From Nitrospirales bacterium (GTDB lineage: Bacteria > Nitrospirota > Nitrospiria > Nitrospirales > UBA8639), in contig CBDCWC010000002.1 in NCBI GenBank assembly GCA_965223295.1, positions 1,152,001 to 1,216,000 of the forward strand: a DNA stretch of 64,000 bases. Direction: 5' to 3'. Positions 31,469 through 41,626 of this stretch are shown here, in pieces (position 1 is the stretch's first letter; each line of letters starts with the position of its first letter). A model generated the notes under the pieces. It saw only the letters and a list, made by a program, of their open reading frames with translations, searched no databases and had not been told where the DNA came from. The translations under genes and the position numbers were made by a program.

Positions 31469-32290
31469 TTATTCAAAAGATTTTTGGTAAATCGTCGGTT
31501 TTACATACGAAAACTGATGTTCAATCCATTGCAGACTTTCAGAATGCCCAATGAAGAGATAGCCTCCAGGACGTAAATAGCGATAAAACTTGCTCATCAG
31601 CGTGGCTTGCGTCGGACGATCAAAATAAATCATGACATTACGGCAAAAAATCACATCCAACGGCGTACGGATAGGAAACGCCGGAGCCATAAGATTAATG
31701 CGGCGAAACGCGATCATCTCAGACAAACGCTTACGAACCTTTAACTTCCCAGCTTGTTCGCCTTTGCCGCGCAGGAAATGGCGACGAACAATATCTTGTG
31801 GAAGTTGTAAGACTCGCTCTTCGTCGTAAATGCCTGAGGCCGCTTTGGCTAACACACGCGTAGAAATATCGGAGGCCAACACTTTTACATCCCAGCTTGC
31901 AAGATCGGGAAGTGAGTCAGCTAACGTCATCGCTATGGTATAGGGCTCTTCTCCCGATGATGACGCGGAGGACCAGATCCGAATCGTACGAGTTGCTTGT
32001 AGTTGAGGAAGAACCTGTTCACGAAGAAAATCAAAATGTACCGGCTCACGAAAAAAGTCAGTCTTATTAGTCGAGACCAGATCCACTAAACGGATTAACT
32101 CTTCTTCCCCGCCTTTGCTACTGACGCGATCAAAGTAGGCTTGATACGTGGACAACTCCAATTCTCGTAGTCGTTTCCCCAATCGTGACGTCAACAAACT
32201 TTTTTTGGGTGCATCCAACTTGATACCGACGTGCTCATAAATCAGTGTTTGAAACTGCTGAAATTCTTGGTCAGTTAAAGTCGCACTCAT
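31469..32290 (-). CDS. cheR: CheR methyltransferase (system 3)
   Basis: STNKTDFFREP.HF, SSSGEEPYT, FCRNVMIYF, GHSE. Confidence 0.96.
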   Translation of the reverse strand: MSATLTDQEFQQFQTLIYEHVGIKLDAPKKSLLTSRLGKRLRELELSTYQAYFDRVSSKGGEEELIRLVDLVSTNKTDFFREPVHFDFLREQVLPQLQATRTIRIWSSASSSGEEPYTIAMTLADSLPDLASWDVKVLASDISTRVLAKAASGIYDEERVLQLPQDIVRRHFLRGKGEQAGKLKVRKRLSEMIAFRRINLMAPAFPIRTPLDVIFCRNVMIYFDRPTQATLMSKFYRYLRPGGYLFIGHSESLQWIEHQFSYVKPTIYQKSFE

Positions 32291-32310
32291 AAATTGATCC
32301 TATAAAAGCA

Positions 32311-32404
32311 ATGAAGAGGTACGGCGTAATTAGTAAGGAAGAAGGGGTACGTCCCAGAGGTTTCTTCCCGCTCCTCACTCGTTACGATTCACGTTTCACT
32401 CATC
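32311..32404. repeat. Heptamer inverted-repeat element (DUF420|cheR)
   Basis: ATGAAGA GGTACGG CGTAATT AGTAAGG AAGAAGG ... GCTCCTC ACTCGTT ACGATTC ACGTTTC ACTCATC. Confidence 0.75.
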
Positions 32405-32897
32405 TGGCTGGATACCAGTAAAACAACATGAGATACACAAGATACGCTGTCAGAATTGTCCCACCAAACGTCCATTCCATCACATGTCCTAGCCTGCGAT
32501 GCAGAGACACTCCCGCCACCATAGCCCCTGCCCCAATACCATGCCGAAGACGACGCAACCCAATAACCATATTGGTACCACCAAGACCAATCGTAATAAG
32601 GGCCAGCCCCGTATGCACGACAAGCAAGGGCATATACAACATCCAATATTCTTCTGATGTCCCACCAAAATGATCTCTCCCAAACATCAATTGTTTCGTG
32701 ACATAGGCGACGAGCCAAATACCGACCAAGAGACAGGAAACCGTCATCCACTTTTTGTGAGACGCCACATCGTGACTTTTGGCTGCCCGGACACCCACTA
32801 AAACCATGCCATAGGCCAGGGTCATACCCACCAACACTGCGCCCCATAACAGATCAACAATTCCCATTTGTGCGCCACGGAAGGGGATTTGAACCAT
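32400..32897 (-). CDS. DUF420-like 4-TM membrane protein (start may be 32867)
   Basis: Four hydrophobic helices with HKKWM, HTGLA, HRRLG and a final VYLML. Confidence 0.75.
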   Translation of the reverse strand: MVQIPFRGAQMGIVDLLWGAVLVGMTLAYGMVLVGVRAAKSHDVASHKKWMTVSCLLVGIWLVAYVTKQLMFGRDHFGGTSEEYWMLYMPLLVVHTGLALITIGLGGTNMVIGLRRLRHGIGAGAMVAGVSLHRRLGHVMEWTFGGTILTAYLVYLMLFYWYPAR

Positions 32898-32981
32898 AAA
32901 TCGCTTGATCCGCTATACGTACTTCATACATAGAAGAAGTGAACTGAAACACTGGAATCAGGATTTCTTATACTCTGATAT

Positions 32982-33009
32982 CTATCGGCACAGGGGAGTG
33001 TAGAAATAA
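32982..33009 (-). promoter_or_regulatory. Possible sigma28 promoter for DUF420-cheR-cheD-cheB
   Basis: -10 GCCGATAG is strong; -35 TTAT at N16 is weak; lies after a terminator. Confidence 0.45.
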
Positions 33010-33060
33010 GTCAAATTTTTCAATTTTTAAGGGATTTGACTGATCACATGTAGGAGAAAT

Positions 33061-33099
33061 AAAAAATGGCGTGGACGGCTCTGACACCATCCACGCCAT
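33061..33099 (-). terminator. Intrinsic terminator after the heme-c protein gene
   Basis: ATGGCGTGGA/TCCACGCCAT 10-bp stem followed by a T-tract on the minus strand. Confidence 0.8.
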
Positions 33100-33129
33100 A
33101 ACATAAGGCGGTTGCCTGAGAAGTGAAGG

Positions 33130-33669
33130 TTATTTCATTCGGACCACAATCGCGCCCATGAAATCCCCTTTTTTCCAATCTTTTTTCGTCGTCTTGGGAT
33201 GCTCATTGTGACAAGAAGCGCAGCTATCAACGATCGCAAAGTCTGCGGACATACCAATCGTTTTTCCACCATCTTCACCTGTAATGACCTTTGCTTTTCC
33301 ACTGGCTAATGCAGCTAGCATTTCTTTTTCTTTAGGACTTTTTGCCGCATTTGAAGCATACAATGGGTCCGTTCCAAGAAGACCGATCTCAAAATCCCGA
33401 ACTTCTTTCCCAATTTCTTTGACAAATTGTGCAGGAAGCATGATGCCATGATCATCCTTCACCCAATCTTCATTCCCTTTTAAGCCCCCTTTTTTTGCAT
33501 CGGCAAGTACACCTTTGACAAAGACTGTTCTCGCAGCTTTGACCGCCGCTAACACATACTCGGCAGCTTTGCCCTTCGAAATGTCCGCTGCTTGCCCAGC
33601 AGGCAACATCATGAGTAGCCCCAAAACACATACTCCAAACATCATTGAGATTGTCGCTCCTCGTCTCAT
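33130..33669 (-). CDS. Secreted mono-heme c-type protein, DUF3365/Tll0287-like; start probably ATG 33669
   Basis: Signal peptide ending AGQA; MLPAQFVKE; C-terminal CASCH...GDFMGAI; RBS GGAGGAG. Confidence 0.85.
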   Translation of the reverse strand: MRRGATISMMFGVCVLGLLMMLPAGQAADISKGKAAEYVLAAVKAARTVFVKGVLADAKKGGLKGNEDWVKDDHGIMLPAQFVKEIGKEVRDFEIGLLGTDPLYASNAAKSPKEKEMLAALASGKAKVITGEDGGKTIGMSADFAIVDSCASCHNEHPKTTKKDWKKGDFMGAIVVRMK

Positions 33670-33786
33670 AGCTCCTCCCTCCGAAAAATGTTGGAAAACA
33701 TGATGTAACAATACGATCCGTAGTAGTTGGGGGAAGTGAAGAGTACACGACAATACCTGGAACAGTCAACTTCAAGGGAGGCGGAA

Positions 33787-33877
33787 AGGGAGAAGGTCGA
33801 AGTCAGGAGCAAGAACAGGAAGAACGCTACGAACGTTTCTTTACTATTCACTTCTCCCTTCTACCTTCTCACTTATT
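33787..33877. repeat. Heptamer inverted-repeat element (MCP|heme-c gene)
   Basis: AGGGAGA AGGTCGA AGTCAGG AGCAAGA ... ACTATTC ACTTCTC CCTTCTA CCTTCTC ACTTATT. Confidence 0.8.
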
Positions 33878-35679
33878 TAGAATTCTTCAAAAAAGTCATC
33901 ATCCACTTTATCTGCCTGATGCCCATTACTGCTGCCCACTGATATTGGCTTGGAACTCGCAAACGTCGTTGGCTTTAAAGCTGTACTTGCGTGGCTGGGT
34001 GAATGAGCTGGGTCCGAACTATGTCTATGACTTACGCTATTCTGATTATTTGCAATTCTCTGCCCGCTAACTCCCAAATCTTGCCCCTCAGTCTTGAAAA
34101 ATTCTACCTGCTCTAAAAGGGCTTCCGCTTGTTGCTTCATGGACTGCGACGCAGATGTAGCTTGCTCAACCAACGCCGCGTTCTGTTGTGTACCCTGATC
34201 CATTTGCATCACGGCCTTATTCACTTGATCGATACCACTGGCCTGCTCCTGCGAGGCGGCACTAATCTCGGCAATAATATCGGTCACGCGCTTCACGGAA
34301 TTTACAATTTCTTCTAGCGTCTTACCGGATTGATTCACCAGGTCACTACCATCACTCACTTTCTGGACAGACTCATTGATCAGAGATTTAATTTCTTTCG
34401 CTGCCGTAGCTGACCGTTGCGCTAGATTTCGCACTTCGGATGCCACGACCGCAAACCCGCGGCCTTGCTCCCCGGCCCGCGCCGCTTCCACTGCCGCATT
34501 GAGCGCTAGCAAATTGGTCTGGAACGCAATTTCATCAATCACATTAATAATATCTGCGATCTTTTTACTGCTCTTATTGATTTCATCCATAGCATTCACA
34601 GCTTTATCTGTAACCGCTCCGCCTTTTTCAGCCACTTCCCGCGCCGTCACCGCCAACTGATTGGCCTGCTTAGCATTATCGGCATTTTGTTTAATGGTAG
34701 AGGTCATCTCTTCCATGGAAGCACTGGTTTCCTCTAACGCACCAGCCTGGGAAGATGTCCGTTGCGACAAATCTTCATTCCCTTGGGAAATTTCCCTCGT
34801 TCCCGTCGTAATGCCAGACACCGCTGATTTGACGGACTGCACGACTTCCCCGACTCGGTCAAACATGACATTAAAGGATTCGCTGGCCCGTCCAATTTCA
34901 TCTCGGCTCACCATGGTGGCCCGTACAGATAAATCTCCGTCCTTAGCCAGCGCGGCCATCGCCTCTAACTCTTTCATGGGCTTAGTCACCATTCGAGAGA
35001 GCAACATGGCCAATAGACTCACGGTAACCAATCCGACGAACCCAATACCCATATATACAGTATTCAAATTAGAATCGAGTTGTGCCAGCGGCGCCCCCAT
35101 CGGAATCTGGACCGACACCGCTCCCAACATATCACCAACTTGTTTGCCTGCATGACAGGACACACAGGCTTTCACGCTGGCTAGATCCGCCGTCGCACGT
35201 CGATACATCATCTCCCCATCAACTGGTTCAATGCTCGTATATTCTTGTTGACCCGCGGCTAAAGCGGCTAAAGCTTGTTCTTCAAAAGAGTCTTGAGGAT
35301 GATTTGCTGGGTTTAAGGGAGTGGCACTGATGACTCGAGCGTCATAGACGCCTTCTTTGGCAAGAGTTTCTGAAGTTTCTCGAGTAAACGTCGCAGGGAA
35401 AGGAATTGTATCAGGCGCATCATGCTCCATACTCACTTTCATGCCAGCACCCTTGGCCTTGACCACAAACTGCTTAGCCACATAGGCCCGCGTCACTTGA
35501 ATTTGTTGTTCAATAATGCCTGCTTGATTGGACATCACTCGGTTCAAATCTCCTCGCAATTGCTCGCCAAGGAAATAGGCCCCACCAACCATCAATACTG
35601 CAAAGACCACTACTGTAGAAATGATGACCTTCGGCCCAATGCCCAATTCCTTCCACGTTCCCAGCGTACTCCCCTTCAT
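33877..35679 (-). CDS. MCP with periplasmic heme-c (DUF3365-like) sensor and C-terminal pentapeptide FFEEF
   Basis: [39 protein letters not shown]; tail DDDFFEEF. Confidence 0.92.
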   Translation of the reverse strand: MKGSTLGTWKELGIGPKVIISTVVVFAVLMVGGAYFLGEQLRGDLNRVMSNQAGIIEQQIQVTRAYVAKQFVVKAKGAGMKVSMEHDAPDTIPFPATFTRETSETLAKEGVYDARVISATPLNPANHPQDSFEEQALAALAAGQQEYTSIEPVDGEMMYRRATADLASVKACVSCHAGKQVGDMLGAVSVQIPMGAPLAQLDSNLNTVYMGIGFVGLVTVSLLAMLLSRMVTKPMKELEAMAALAKDGDLSVRATMVSRDEIGRASESFNVMFDRVGEVVQSVKSAVSGITTGTREISQGNEDLSQRTSSQAGALEETSASMEEMTSTIKQNADNAKQANQLAVTAREVAEKGGAVTDKAVNAMDEINKSSKKIADIINVIDEIAFQTNLLALNAAVEAARAGEQGRGFAVVASEVRNLAQRSATAAKEIKSLINESVQKVSDGSDLVNQSGKTLEEIVNSVKRVTDIIAEISAASQEQASGIDQVNKAVMQMDQGTQQNAALVEQATSASQSMKQQAEALLEQVEFFKTEGQDLGVSGQRIANNQNSVSHRHSSDPAHSPSHASTALKPTTFASSKPISVGSSNGHQADKVDDDFFEEF

Positions 35680-35846
35680 AATCGCATATCCTCCTCGTTT
35701 AATATTCCCAACTTAACTCAGTTAAGAAAATATGAATGCCTGTCACGACTCTAAATGGTCTGCAATAGGCGTCTTGAGACCTTGATTATTCCTGTCTCAA
35801 TCCACTTCTTTATTCATCCCGACTATGGATTTTCTCCTAGTAGTAA

Positions 35847-38057
35847 TTAGAATTCTTCAAAAAAGTCGTCATCCGCTTGGCGCCGATTATGGCCATTGCT
35901 ACTCCCCACCCCAGCTAACTGCGGGGCTGGTTGGGGCACTGCCTTCACTGGCATGGGAGGCTTGATCACCTCACTCGCAGGTTTTGGCGCCGGGATCGAT
36001 GGGCCTAGGCCCGGTCGACAGCTACCATTGCCTCCTGTCGTCACCTTGAAAAACGCGACTTGCTCCAACAAGCCTGCAGCTTGCTGTTTCATGGACTGCG
36101 AAGCTGACGTGGCTTCTTCCACCAACGCCGCGTTCTGTTGCGTCCCCTGATCCATTTGCATCACGGCCTTATTCACCTGATCGATCCCACTGGCCTGCTC
36201 TTGCGAAGCCGCGCTGATCTCCGCAATGATGTCTGTTACCCGCTTGACAGAATTGACAATTTCATCCAACGTTTGGCCCGATTGATTCACTAACTCACTG
36301 CCGTCTCCCACTTTCTGCACCGATTCGTTGATCAAAGACTTAATTTCTTTGGCCGCAGTGGCAGAACGTTGAGCTAAATTGCGGACTTCCGACGCTACAA
36401 CCGCAAAGCCACGCCCCTGTTCTCCTGCTCGTGCGGCTTCTACCGCTGCATTCAAAGCAAGGAGATTTGTCTGAAAGGCAATTTCATCAATCACGTTAAT
36501 AATGTCCGCAATTTTCTTACTGCTGTTGTTGATTTCATCCATGGCCCCAACAGCTTTATCTGTGACTGCCCCACCTTTCTCTGCGACTTCCCGTGCCATC
36601 ACCGCCAGCTGATTGGCTTGTTTGGCATTATCAGCATTTTGTTTAATGGTGGAGGTCATTTCTTCCATCGAGGCACTGGTTTCTTCTAATGCCCCTGCTT
36701 GTGCCGAGGTTCGTTGGGAGAGATCTTCATTGCCTTGAGTAATTTCGGCTGAAGCCGTAGACACATGTTCAGCCGCTTGCCGGACTTTGCCAACCACCCC
36801 AGAAATATTATCCAACATGGCGTTCATAGCTTGGCCAAGTTGGCCTAACTCATCCTGGCTTGTCATGGTGGCCCGCTGAGTTAAGTCGCCGTCGGCTGCT
36901 TGTTGCGCGATATTACTGATCGCCACCAGGTTTCCAGCCCCTCGACGCCCAACCCACCAGCCTAGGGGAAGTAGCACCGCTAAGCAGATTAAACCGGTCA
37001 TGAGGACTTTGCTCTGGATTCCAAGAGCTTCGGCTACCGCTTCTTCTTCAGGTACCCGCACCAAAACTGACCAGTTCATACCCGGAAAACCTATGGCGCC
37101 TTGTAAATGGGTATAACCACCTACTTGGGTGATCCCTTTCCGCACATGGCGGCTAAACGCAAATCCTGATTCCCCTCGCACCGCCGCTTGGGCCACTTCC
37201 ACGCCTTTTTCGGCCAAGTTTAACTTCATCAGCACATCGAAATTTCGAACCACCTCTAGTGTGCCGGTCTTGCCAGGGTCATAGTCCACCAACACGCGGC
37301 CTTGACTATCTAAGACGGTTAACTCAGTACCCGGAAATCCCTGTTCTTTCAAATTGACATACACATCGGCAAACATTTGCTCGATCACACTAAAGTTCGT
37401 ACGATTGGTCCAATAGGCCACTACTCTGCCATTTTCGTCATAGACGGGCGTCGAGAAGCCCATTACCAACCCATCATTGCCTAACGCCTGCTTCACATCC
37501 GTATCAATATGTACATCTTCGATAAACGTGCCGGAGGAAATGTCATTGCCCGGCGCCGTAAAGGGCATCTTGGTCGTAAATTCGCCTACTTCCAAGGCCT
37601 TAAACCAGGCCGTCTCCTTGAAGTTTTTCTCAAACAAAAATTTGGAGTCGATCGGCTCTCCTTGCGCGTTCTGAAAGTTCACCGCAATGAGTTGACCTGC
37701 CGGATCAACAAGCATGGCCAAGTCATAAATGCCATACGCCACCACATATTTATTCATGACCTGACTGACCACGTTATATTCCGTGGGGTCATACCACTGT
37801 GACGTACGCGTGATCGCATCGTTATAGCCAAACGCTTGGACATCGCCATAGCGCTCAAAGAGATTGCGATCAATTTTTTCGGCTAACCCCTTGGCTTCTG
37901 ACTGGAACCGGGCGCCGACCTTGGCTTTCATGTCTTCGGCAGCCCCGAAGGCAATGAGGCCCACCGCAGTCATGGGAATGGCTCCGAAAATGACAAACAA
38001 AGCGACTAACTTCCCTGTGATGCCTAAACTTAGGAAACTTTTTTTTACACTGTTCAT
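35847..38057 (-). CDS. MCP with Cache-like sensor and C-terminal pentapeptide FFEEF
   Basis: [12 protein letters not shown] sensor, HAMP, Tar-like signalling domain, tail DDDFFEEF. Confidence 0.93.
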   Translation of the reverse strand: MNSVKKSFLSLGITGKLVALFVIFGAIPMTAVGLIAFGAAEDMKAKVGARFQSEAKGLAEKIDRNLFERYGDVQAFGYNDAITRTSQWYDPTEYNVVSQVMNKYVVAYGIYDLAMLVDPAGQLIAVNFQNAQGEPIDSKFLFEKNFKETAWFKALEVGEFTTKMPFTAPGNDISSGTFIEDVHIDTDVKQALGNDGLVMGFSTPVYDENGRVVAYWTNRTNFSVIEQMFADVYVNLKEQGFPGTELTVLDSQGRVLVDYDPGKTGTLEVVRNFDVLMKLNLAEKGVEVAQAAVRGESGFAFSRHVRKGITQVGGYTHLQGAIGFPGMNWSVLVRVPEEEAVAEALGIQSKVLMTGLICLAVLLPLGWWVGRRGAGNLVAISNIAQQAADGDLTQRATMTSQDELGQLGQAMNAMLDNISGVVGKVRQAAEHVSTASAEITQGNEDLSQRTSAQAGALEETSASMEEMTSTIKQNADNAKQANQLAVMAREVAEKGGAVTDKAVGAMDEINNSSKKIADIINVIDEIAFQTNLLALNAAVEAARAGEQGRGFAVVASEVRNLAQRSATAAKEIKSLINESVQKVGDGSELVNQSGQTLDEIVNSVKRVTDIIAEISAASQEQASGIDQVNKAVMQMDQGTQQNAALVEEATSASQSMKQQAAGLLEQVAFFKVTTGGNGSCRPGLGPSIPAPKPASEVIKPPMPVKAVPQPAPQLAGVGSSNGHNRRQADDDFFEEF

Positions 38058-38201
38058 GATTCCTTCATCCTTGGCTTAATGTTTGTTGAGCATGTCTTGA
38101 GACAGTGGCACTCGACTCATATCTAATCCACATCTTGCCTAACTTATTGACATCTCACTCTCTTGTTCGTTTCCACATAAGTTTTTTATTGTCTCTTTAC
38201 T

Positions 38202-38741
38202 CTATGCAGTCCCTTCGACGCTTTCTGGATCCATCGGAATCTCGCCGACCGTTTTGACTTCCTCATCTGTTAATACTCGATCAATATCTAAGAGCGTCAC
38301 AAGGTGATCATTGGAGTTCCCAATTCCTGCTACAAAGGTGGTATCGACCGAACTTCCCAATTCCGGAGGAGGCTGAATGTCTTTCGCGTTCAAATCCAAT
38401 ACATCGGATACGGCATCGACTAAAAATCCCATCACTCGATTTCGGACATTCACAACTACCACAACTGTAAAAGAGGTCGGCTCGGTGACTCCCATGCCAA
38501 ATTTCAACCGGAGGTCCACAATTGGAACAATGGTGCCTCGCAAGTTCAGGACCCCTTTGAGATACTCCGGTGTATTCGGGATTTTTGTGACATTGGTATA
38601 GCCTTTAATTTCTTGAACTTTTAATATGTCTACGCCATAGAATTCACCTGCCAGATTAAAGGTCAGGTACTGTTGCCCATCACTGGAATAGGTCGTTTGA
38701 ATATCTGCTTGCTCGCTCGGTTCAATGGTTGCCGTGGTCAT
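38202..38741 (-). CDS. cheW: CheW (system 3)
   Basis: YGVDILKVQEIKGY, GVLNLRGTIVPIVDLR, VDAVSDV. Confidence 0.96.
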   Translation of the reverse strand: MTTATIEPSEQADIQTTYSSDGQQYLTFNLAGEFYGVDILKVQEIKGYTNVTKIPNTPEYLKGVLNLRGTIVPIVDLRLKFGMGVTEPTSFTVVVVVNVRNRVMGFLVDAVSDVLDLNAKDIQPPPELGSSVDTTFVAGIGNSNDHLVTLLDIDRVLTDEEVKTVGEIPMDPESVEGTA

Positions 38742-38800
38742 AATTGCTCTCCTTCTTTATGTACGTCATCAATAGCATCCTCATCTTTTACAGTTTCCTT

Positions 38801-38923
38801 GGTAAGGAGTCAGGAGTAAGGCGAAAAAACCCAATTACTTTCTCTCATACCCTATATACTCTTTTTCTTATACCCCTTACTCTTTTTACTCCTTACTTTT
38901 GTACTTCTTACTTTTCACTTCTT
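38801..38923. repeat. Heptamer inverted-repeat element (cheA|cheW)
   Basis: GGTAAGG AGTCAGG AGTAAGG CGAAAAA ... ACCCCTT ... ACTCCTT ... ACTTCTT ACTTTTC ACTTCTT. Confidence 0.85.
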
Positions 38924-38925
38924 CG

Positions 38926-41022
38926 TCATGCGGCGGCGGTATGGCCCGCTCGAGCCAGTTTTGCCAATCCAGACACATCTAAAATAAGTGCTACCTGCCC
39001 ATCACCCAAAATAGTTGCCCCGGAAATCGCATCAATTTTTCGATAGTTTTCTTCTAAACTTTTAATCACGACCTGTTGTTGTCCCGTCAACTCATCCACT
39101 AAGACGGCCAGACGACGTCCTTCGGCTTCTACGATGACCAGTAAGGCCTTCGAAGGATCACTGAAATCTGGTGTGGTATTGAACACTTCGTAAAGCCGAA
39201 CCACTGGAACCCATTCTCCTCGTAAGTGAACAACTTCGCCTTTCCCAACAACACGTTGTAATTCACTAGATTTCGGTCGAATGGACTCCGTCACCGTAAT
39301 AAGAGGAATGATATAATTTTCCGCTCCAACGCGAACCGTCATTCCATCGATAATAGCCAAGGTCAGAGGCAACTTGAGTGTCAGTTTCGAACCCTTTCCT
39401 AAGGTGCTTTCAATGGTAACCGATCCTCCAAGACCTTCGATATTTCGCTTCACGACGTCCATCCCCACCCCCCGACCGGAGACATCGGTTATGGTATCAG
39501 CGGTGGAGAACCCGGCCCGAAAGATCAATTGATAGACATCTTCATCACTCATATTGGTCCCATCTGCAATCAATCCACGCTCAACAGCTTTTTTGATTAT
39601 TTTATCTCGATTGATACCCCGGCCATCATCCTCCACCGCAATACAGATATTGCCTCCGTCATGGTAGGCATGTAGCCGAATGGTTCCACGTTCGGGTTTG
39701 CCCGCATTTATGCGCTCCTCCGGTCCTTCCAACCCATGATCCGTCGAATTGCGAACTAAGTGAGTCAGCGGATCACCAATGGCTTCAATCAATGTTTTAT
39801 CCAATTCCGTTTCCTCACCAGACATCACCAACTGAATCTGTTTGCCGCTCTTTCCAGAGAGATCCCGCACTAGACGCGGGAAACGATGAAAGGCGGATCC
39901 GATCGGCATCATCCGAATAGACATGACACGTTCTTGTAATTCCCGGGTATTGCGCTCGAGCTGTACAATACGTTCTTGAAGAACCGGCAATTGATCCATC
40001 GTAAACTTTTCGCCAAGATCCGTGATCATGGATTGCGTAATCACCAACTCACCAACCAAATTGATGAGTTTGTCTATCTTTTCGGTATCTACACGAATGG
40101 ACGCCGCCTCACCTTTTTTCAATTGTTTCTGCTTTTGCAAGGCTTTATCCACTTGCTGTGGCGTCGCCTTTTTTTCTTCGACTAAAATTTCTCCTAGCGG
40201 TTTTTGCTTGGCCAAACCATCGGATATTTCTCCCGAGGTAACGATGCCTTCTTCAAGCAGTATTTCCCCTACCCGTTTATAGGGTTCAGCTTGTTTCGGT
40301 GCACAGTCCGTAATTGTCAATTCACTCCCGTCTCGTACAAAATCAAATACCGTGTCGACCTCACTTACCGCAGCATCAGTCTCCAGTTCAATTGCCCAAC
40401 TCAGATAACATTGCTCAGGATCCATAGCCTCTAACGGGGGAATTTTATCAGTGTGGACTTGTAAAACTTTGATCGATCCTAAATCATGTAGTTCTTTAAA
40501 AATTTGCGCGGGATCTAAGCCTCGCTGAAAGAGTTCAGGCAACGGCACCCAATCAATTTTTATTAGGCGCCATGGATTTGCTGAGGATGTAGGAACCGCT
40601 AGCGTTTCTGGAGCTGTCTCCTGTTGCACTTGTGAGCCATCCTGACAAGCCTGTAATTCTTGCTCAACCACCTGAATCACCTCTTCGTCTGCATCAGCAC
40701 CACCCTGTGCGGCCTCTAGGAGACTTTTCAACCCATCAAGGGCCCGCAACAACACATCGATCACATGAGGCGTCACAGGCATTTGCTCATTACGGAGAAG
40801 ATCCAACACATTCTCCATTTTATGCGTAAGACCTCCAATGGCCGCAAAATTGAACATCCCCGCATTGCCTTTGATCGAGTGCGCCGCCCGAAAGATTCGG
40901 TTCAATAAATCTAAGTCTTGTGGACGCTGCTCCAGCTCTAAGAGCCCTGACTCTATGGTTTCCACATGCTCAGCAGACTCAGTAAAAAACGACTCTTGGA
41001 ATTGAGATAAATCAACAGCCAT
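38926..41022 (-). CDS. cheA: CheA (system 3); start probably ATG 41022
   Basis: IFRAAHSIKG, P2-like domain, HLVRNSTDHG, SGRGVGMDVV, CheW domain. Confidence 0.96.
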   Translation of the reverse strand: MAVDLSQFQESFFTESAEHVETIESGLLELEQRPQDLDLLNRIFRAAHSIKGNAGMFNFAAIGGLTHKMENVLDLLRNEQMPVTPHVIDVLLRALDGLKSLLEAAQGGADADEEVIQVVEQELQACQDGSQVQQETAPETLAVPTSSANPWRLIKIDWVPLPELFQRGLDPAQIFKELHDLGSIKVLQVHTDKIPPLEAMDPEQCYLSWAIELETDAAVSEVDTVFDFVRDGSELTITDCAPKQAEPYKRVGEILLEEGIVTSGEISDGLAKQKPLGEILVEEKKATPQQVDKALQKQKQLKKGEAASIRVDTEKIDKLINLVGELVITQSMITDLGEKFTMDQLPVLQERIVQLERNTRELQERVMSIRMMPIGSAFHRFPRLVRDLSGKSGKQIQLVMSGEETELDKTLIEAIGDPLTHLVRNSTDHGLEGPEERINAGKPERGTIRLHAYHDGGNICIAVEDDGRGINRDKIIKKAVERGLIADGTNMSDEDVYQLIFRAGFSTADTITDVSGRGVGMDVVKRNIEGLGGSVTIESTLGKGSKLTLKLPLTLAIIDGMTVRVGAENYIIPLITVTESIRPKSSELQRVVGKGEVVHLRGEWVPVVRLYEVFNTTPDFSDPSKALLVIVEAEGRRLAVLVDELTGQQQVVIKSLEENYRKIDAISGATILGDGQVALILDVSGLAKLARAGHTAAA

Positions 41023-41034
41023 GAGGTACCTCAT

Positions 41035-41093
41035 TGAAAGTAAAAAGAGAGAAAGGAGAAGGGAGAAGTAGGGAGAAAGGAGGGAGAAAACCC
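41035..41093. repeat. Purine heptamer arm on one flank of the four-helix-bundle gene
   Basis: AGTAAAA AGAGAGA AAGGAGA AGGGAGA AGTAGGG AGAAAGG AGGGAGA AAACCC. Confidence 0.8.
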
Positions 41094-41109
41094 AGGGCGA
41101 ATAGCTCGA

Positions 41110-41475
41110 TCACTTTTGCCTCTCTTTCTGATGGCGAATAAGCCCACTGATCATCTTGTCAACTTCAACCATATTTTTATCAATGAACTCCCATTTCATT
41201 TCAGGGATGTAGCCCAGCCGTTTAGCTAATTCCAGTTGTGTGTCCAATTCACTCAAGGAACCTTTCGCTACATACAAAAACTGAGTGAATTCGTTTTTGC
41301 TCCGGCGACTGGCTCCTTCTGCTATGTTACTGGGAATACTCACCACTGCCCTTCGAATTTGGCTTGTCAATCCATAGCTTTCAAAAGCCGGAAACTTTTT
41401 TGTGATTTCATACACGTTTAACACCAAATCTATTGCCCCCTGCCATGCATTTAATTTTTTATGAAGTTTCTCCAC
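41110..41475 (-). CDS. Four-helix-bundle protein (23S rRNA intervening-sequence protein / Avd-like family)
   Basis: L.AWQ.A..L...VY.IT..FP..E.YGLTSQIRRA.VSIPSNIAEG..R.S..EF..FL..AKGSLSELDTQL..A..LGY family signature; GTG start. Confidence 0.92.
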   Translation of the reverse strand: MEKLHKKLNAWQGAIDLVLNVYEITKKFPAFESYGLTSQIRRAVVSIPSNIAEGASRRSKNEFTQFLYVAKGSLSELDTQLELAKRLGYIPEMKWEFIDKNMVEVDKMISGLIRHQKERQK

Positions 41476-41481
41476 AAAAAT

Positions 41482-41626
41482 AGCAAGAAGTTAGATGTGA
41501 GAAGAGAGACGCAAGAAGAGGAGATACTCTGACTCTTCTTTTCCTCTAATCTCCCATCTGACAACCTGTACTTCTTCCATCTCAAATCTCACTTTGTGCG
41601 CTTCTCACTTCTTCCTTTTCACTTTT
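41482..41626. repeat. Heptamer hairpin plus an extra pyrimidine arm on the other flank of the four-helix-bundle gene
   Basis: AGCAAGA AGTTAGA TGTGAGA AGAGAGA CGCAAGA ... CTCTTCTT ... TCTCCCATCTGA ... CTTCTC ACTTCTT CCTTTTC ACTTTTT. Confidence 0.8.

Noticed and set aside
41110-41475. Diversity-generating retroelement (Avd-like gene)
   Set aside because: No reverse transcriptase and no template/variable repeat pair with adenine-specific differences; the Hpt repeat differences are mostly synonymous and not adenine-restricted
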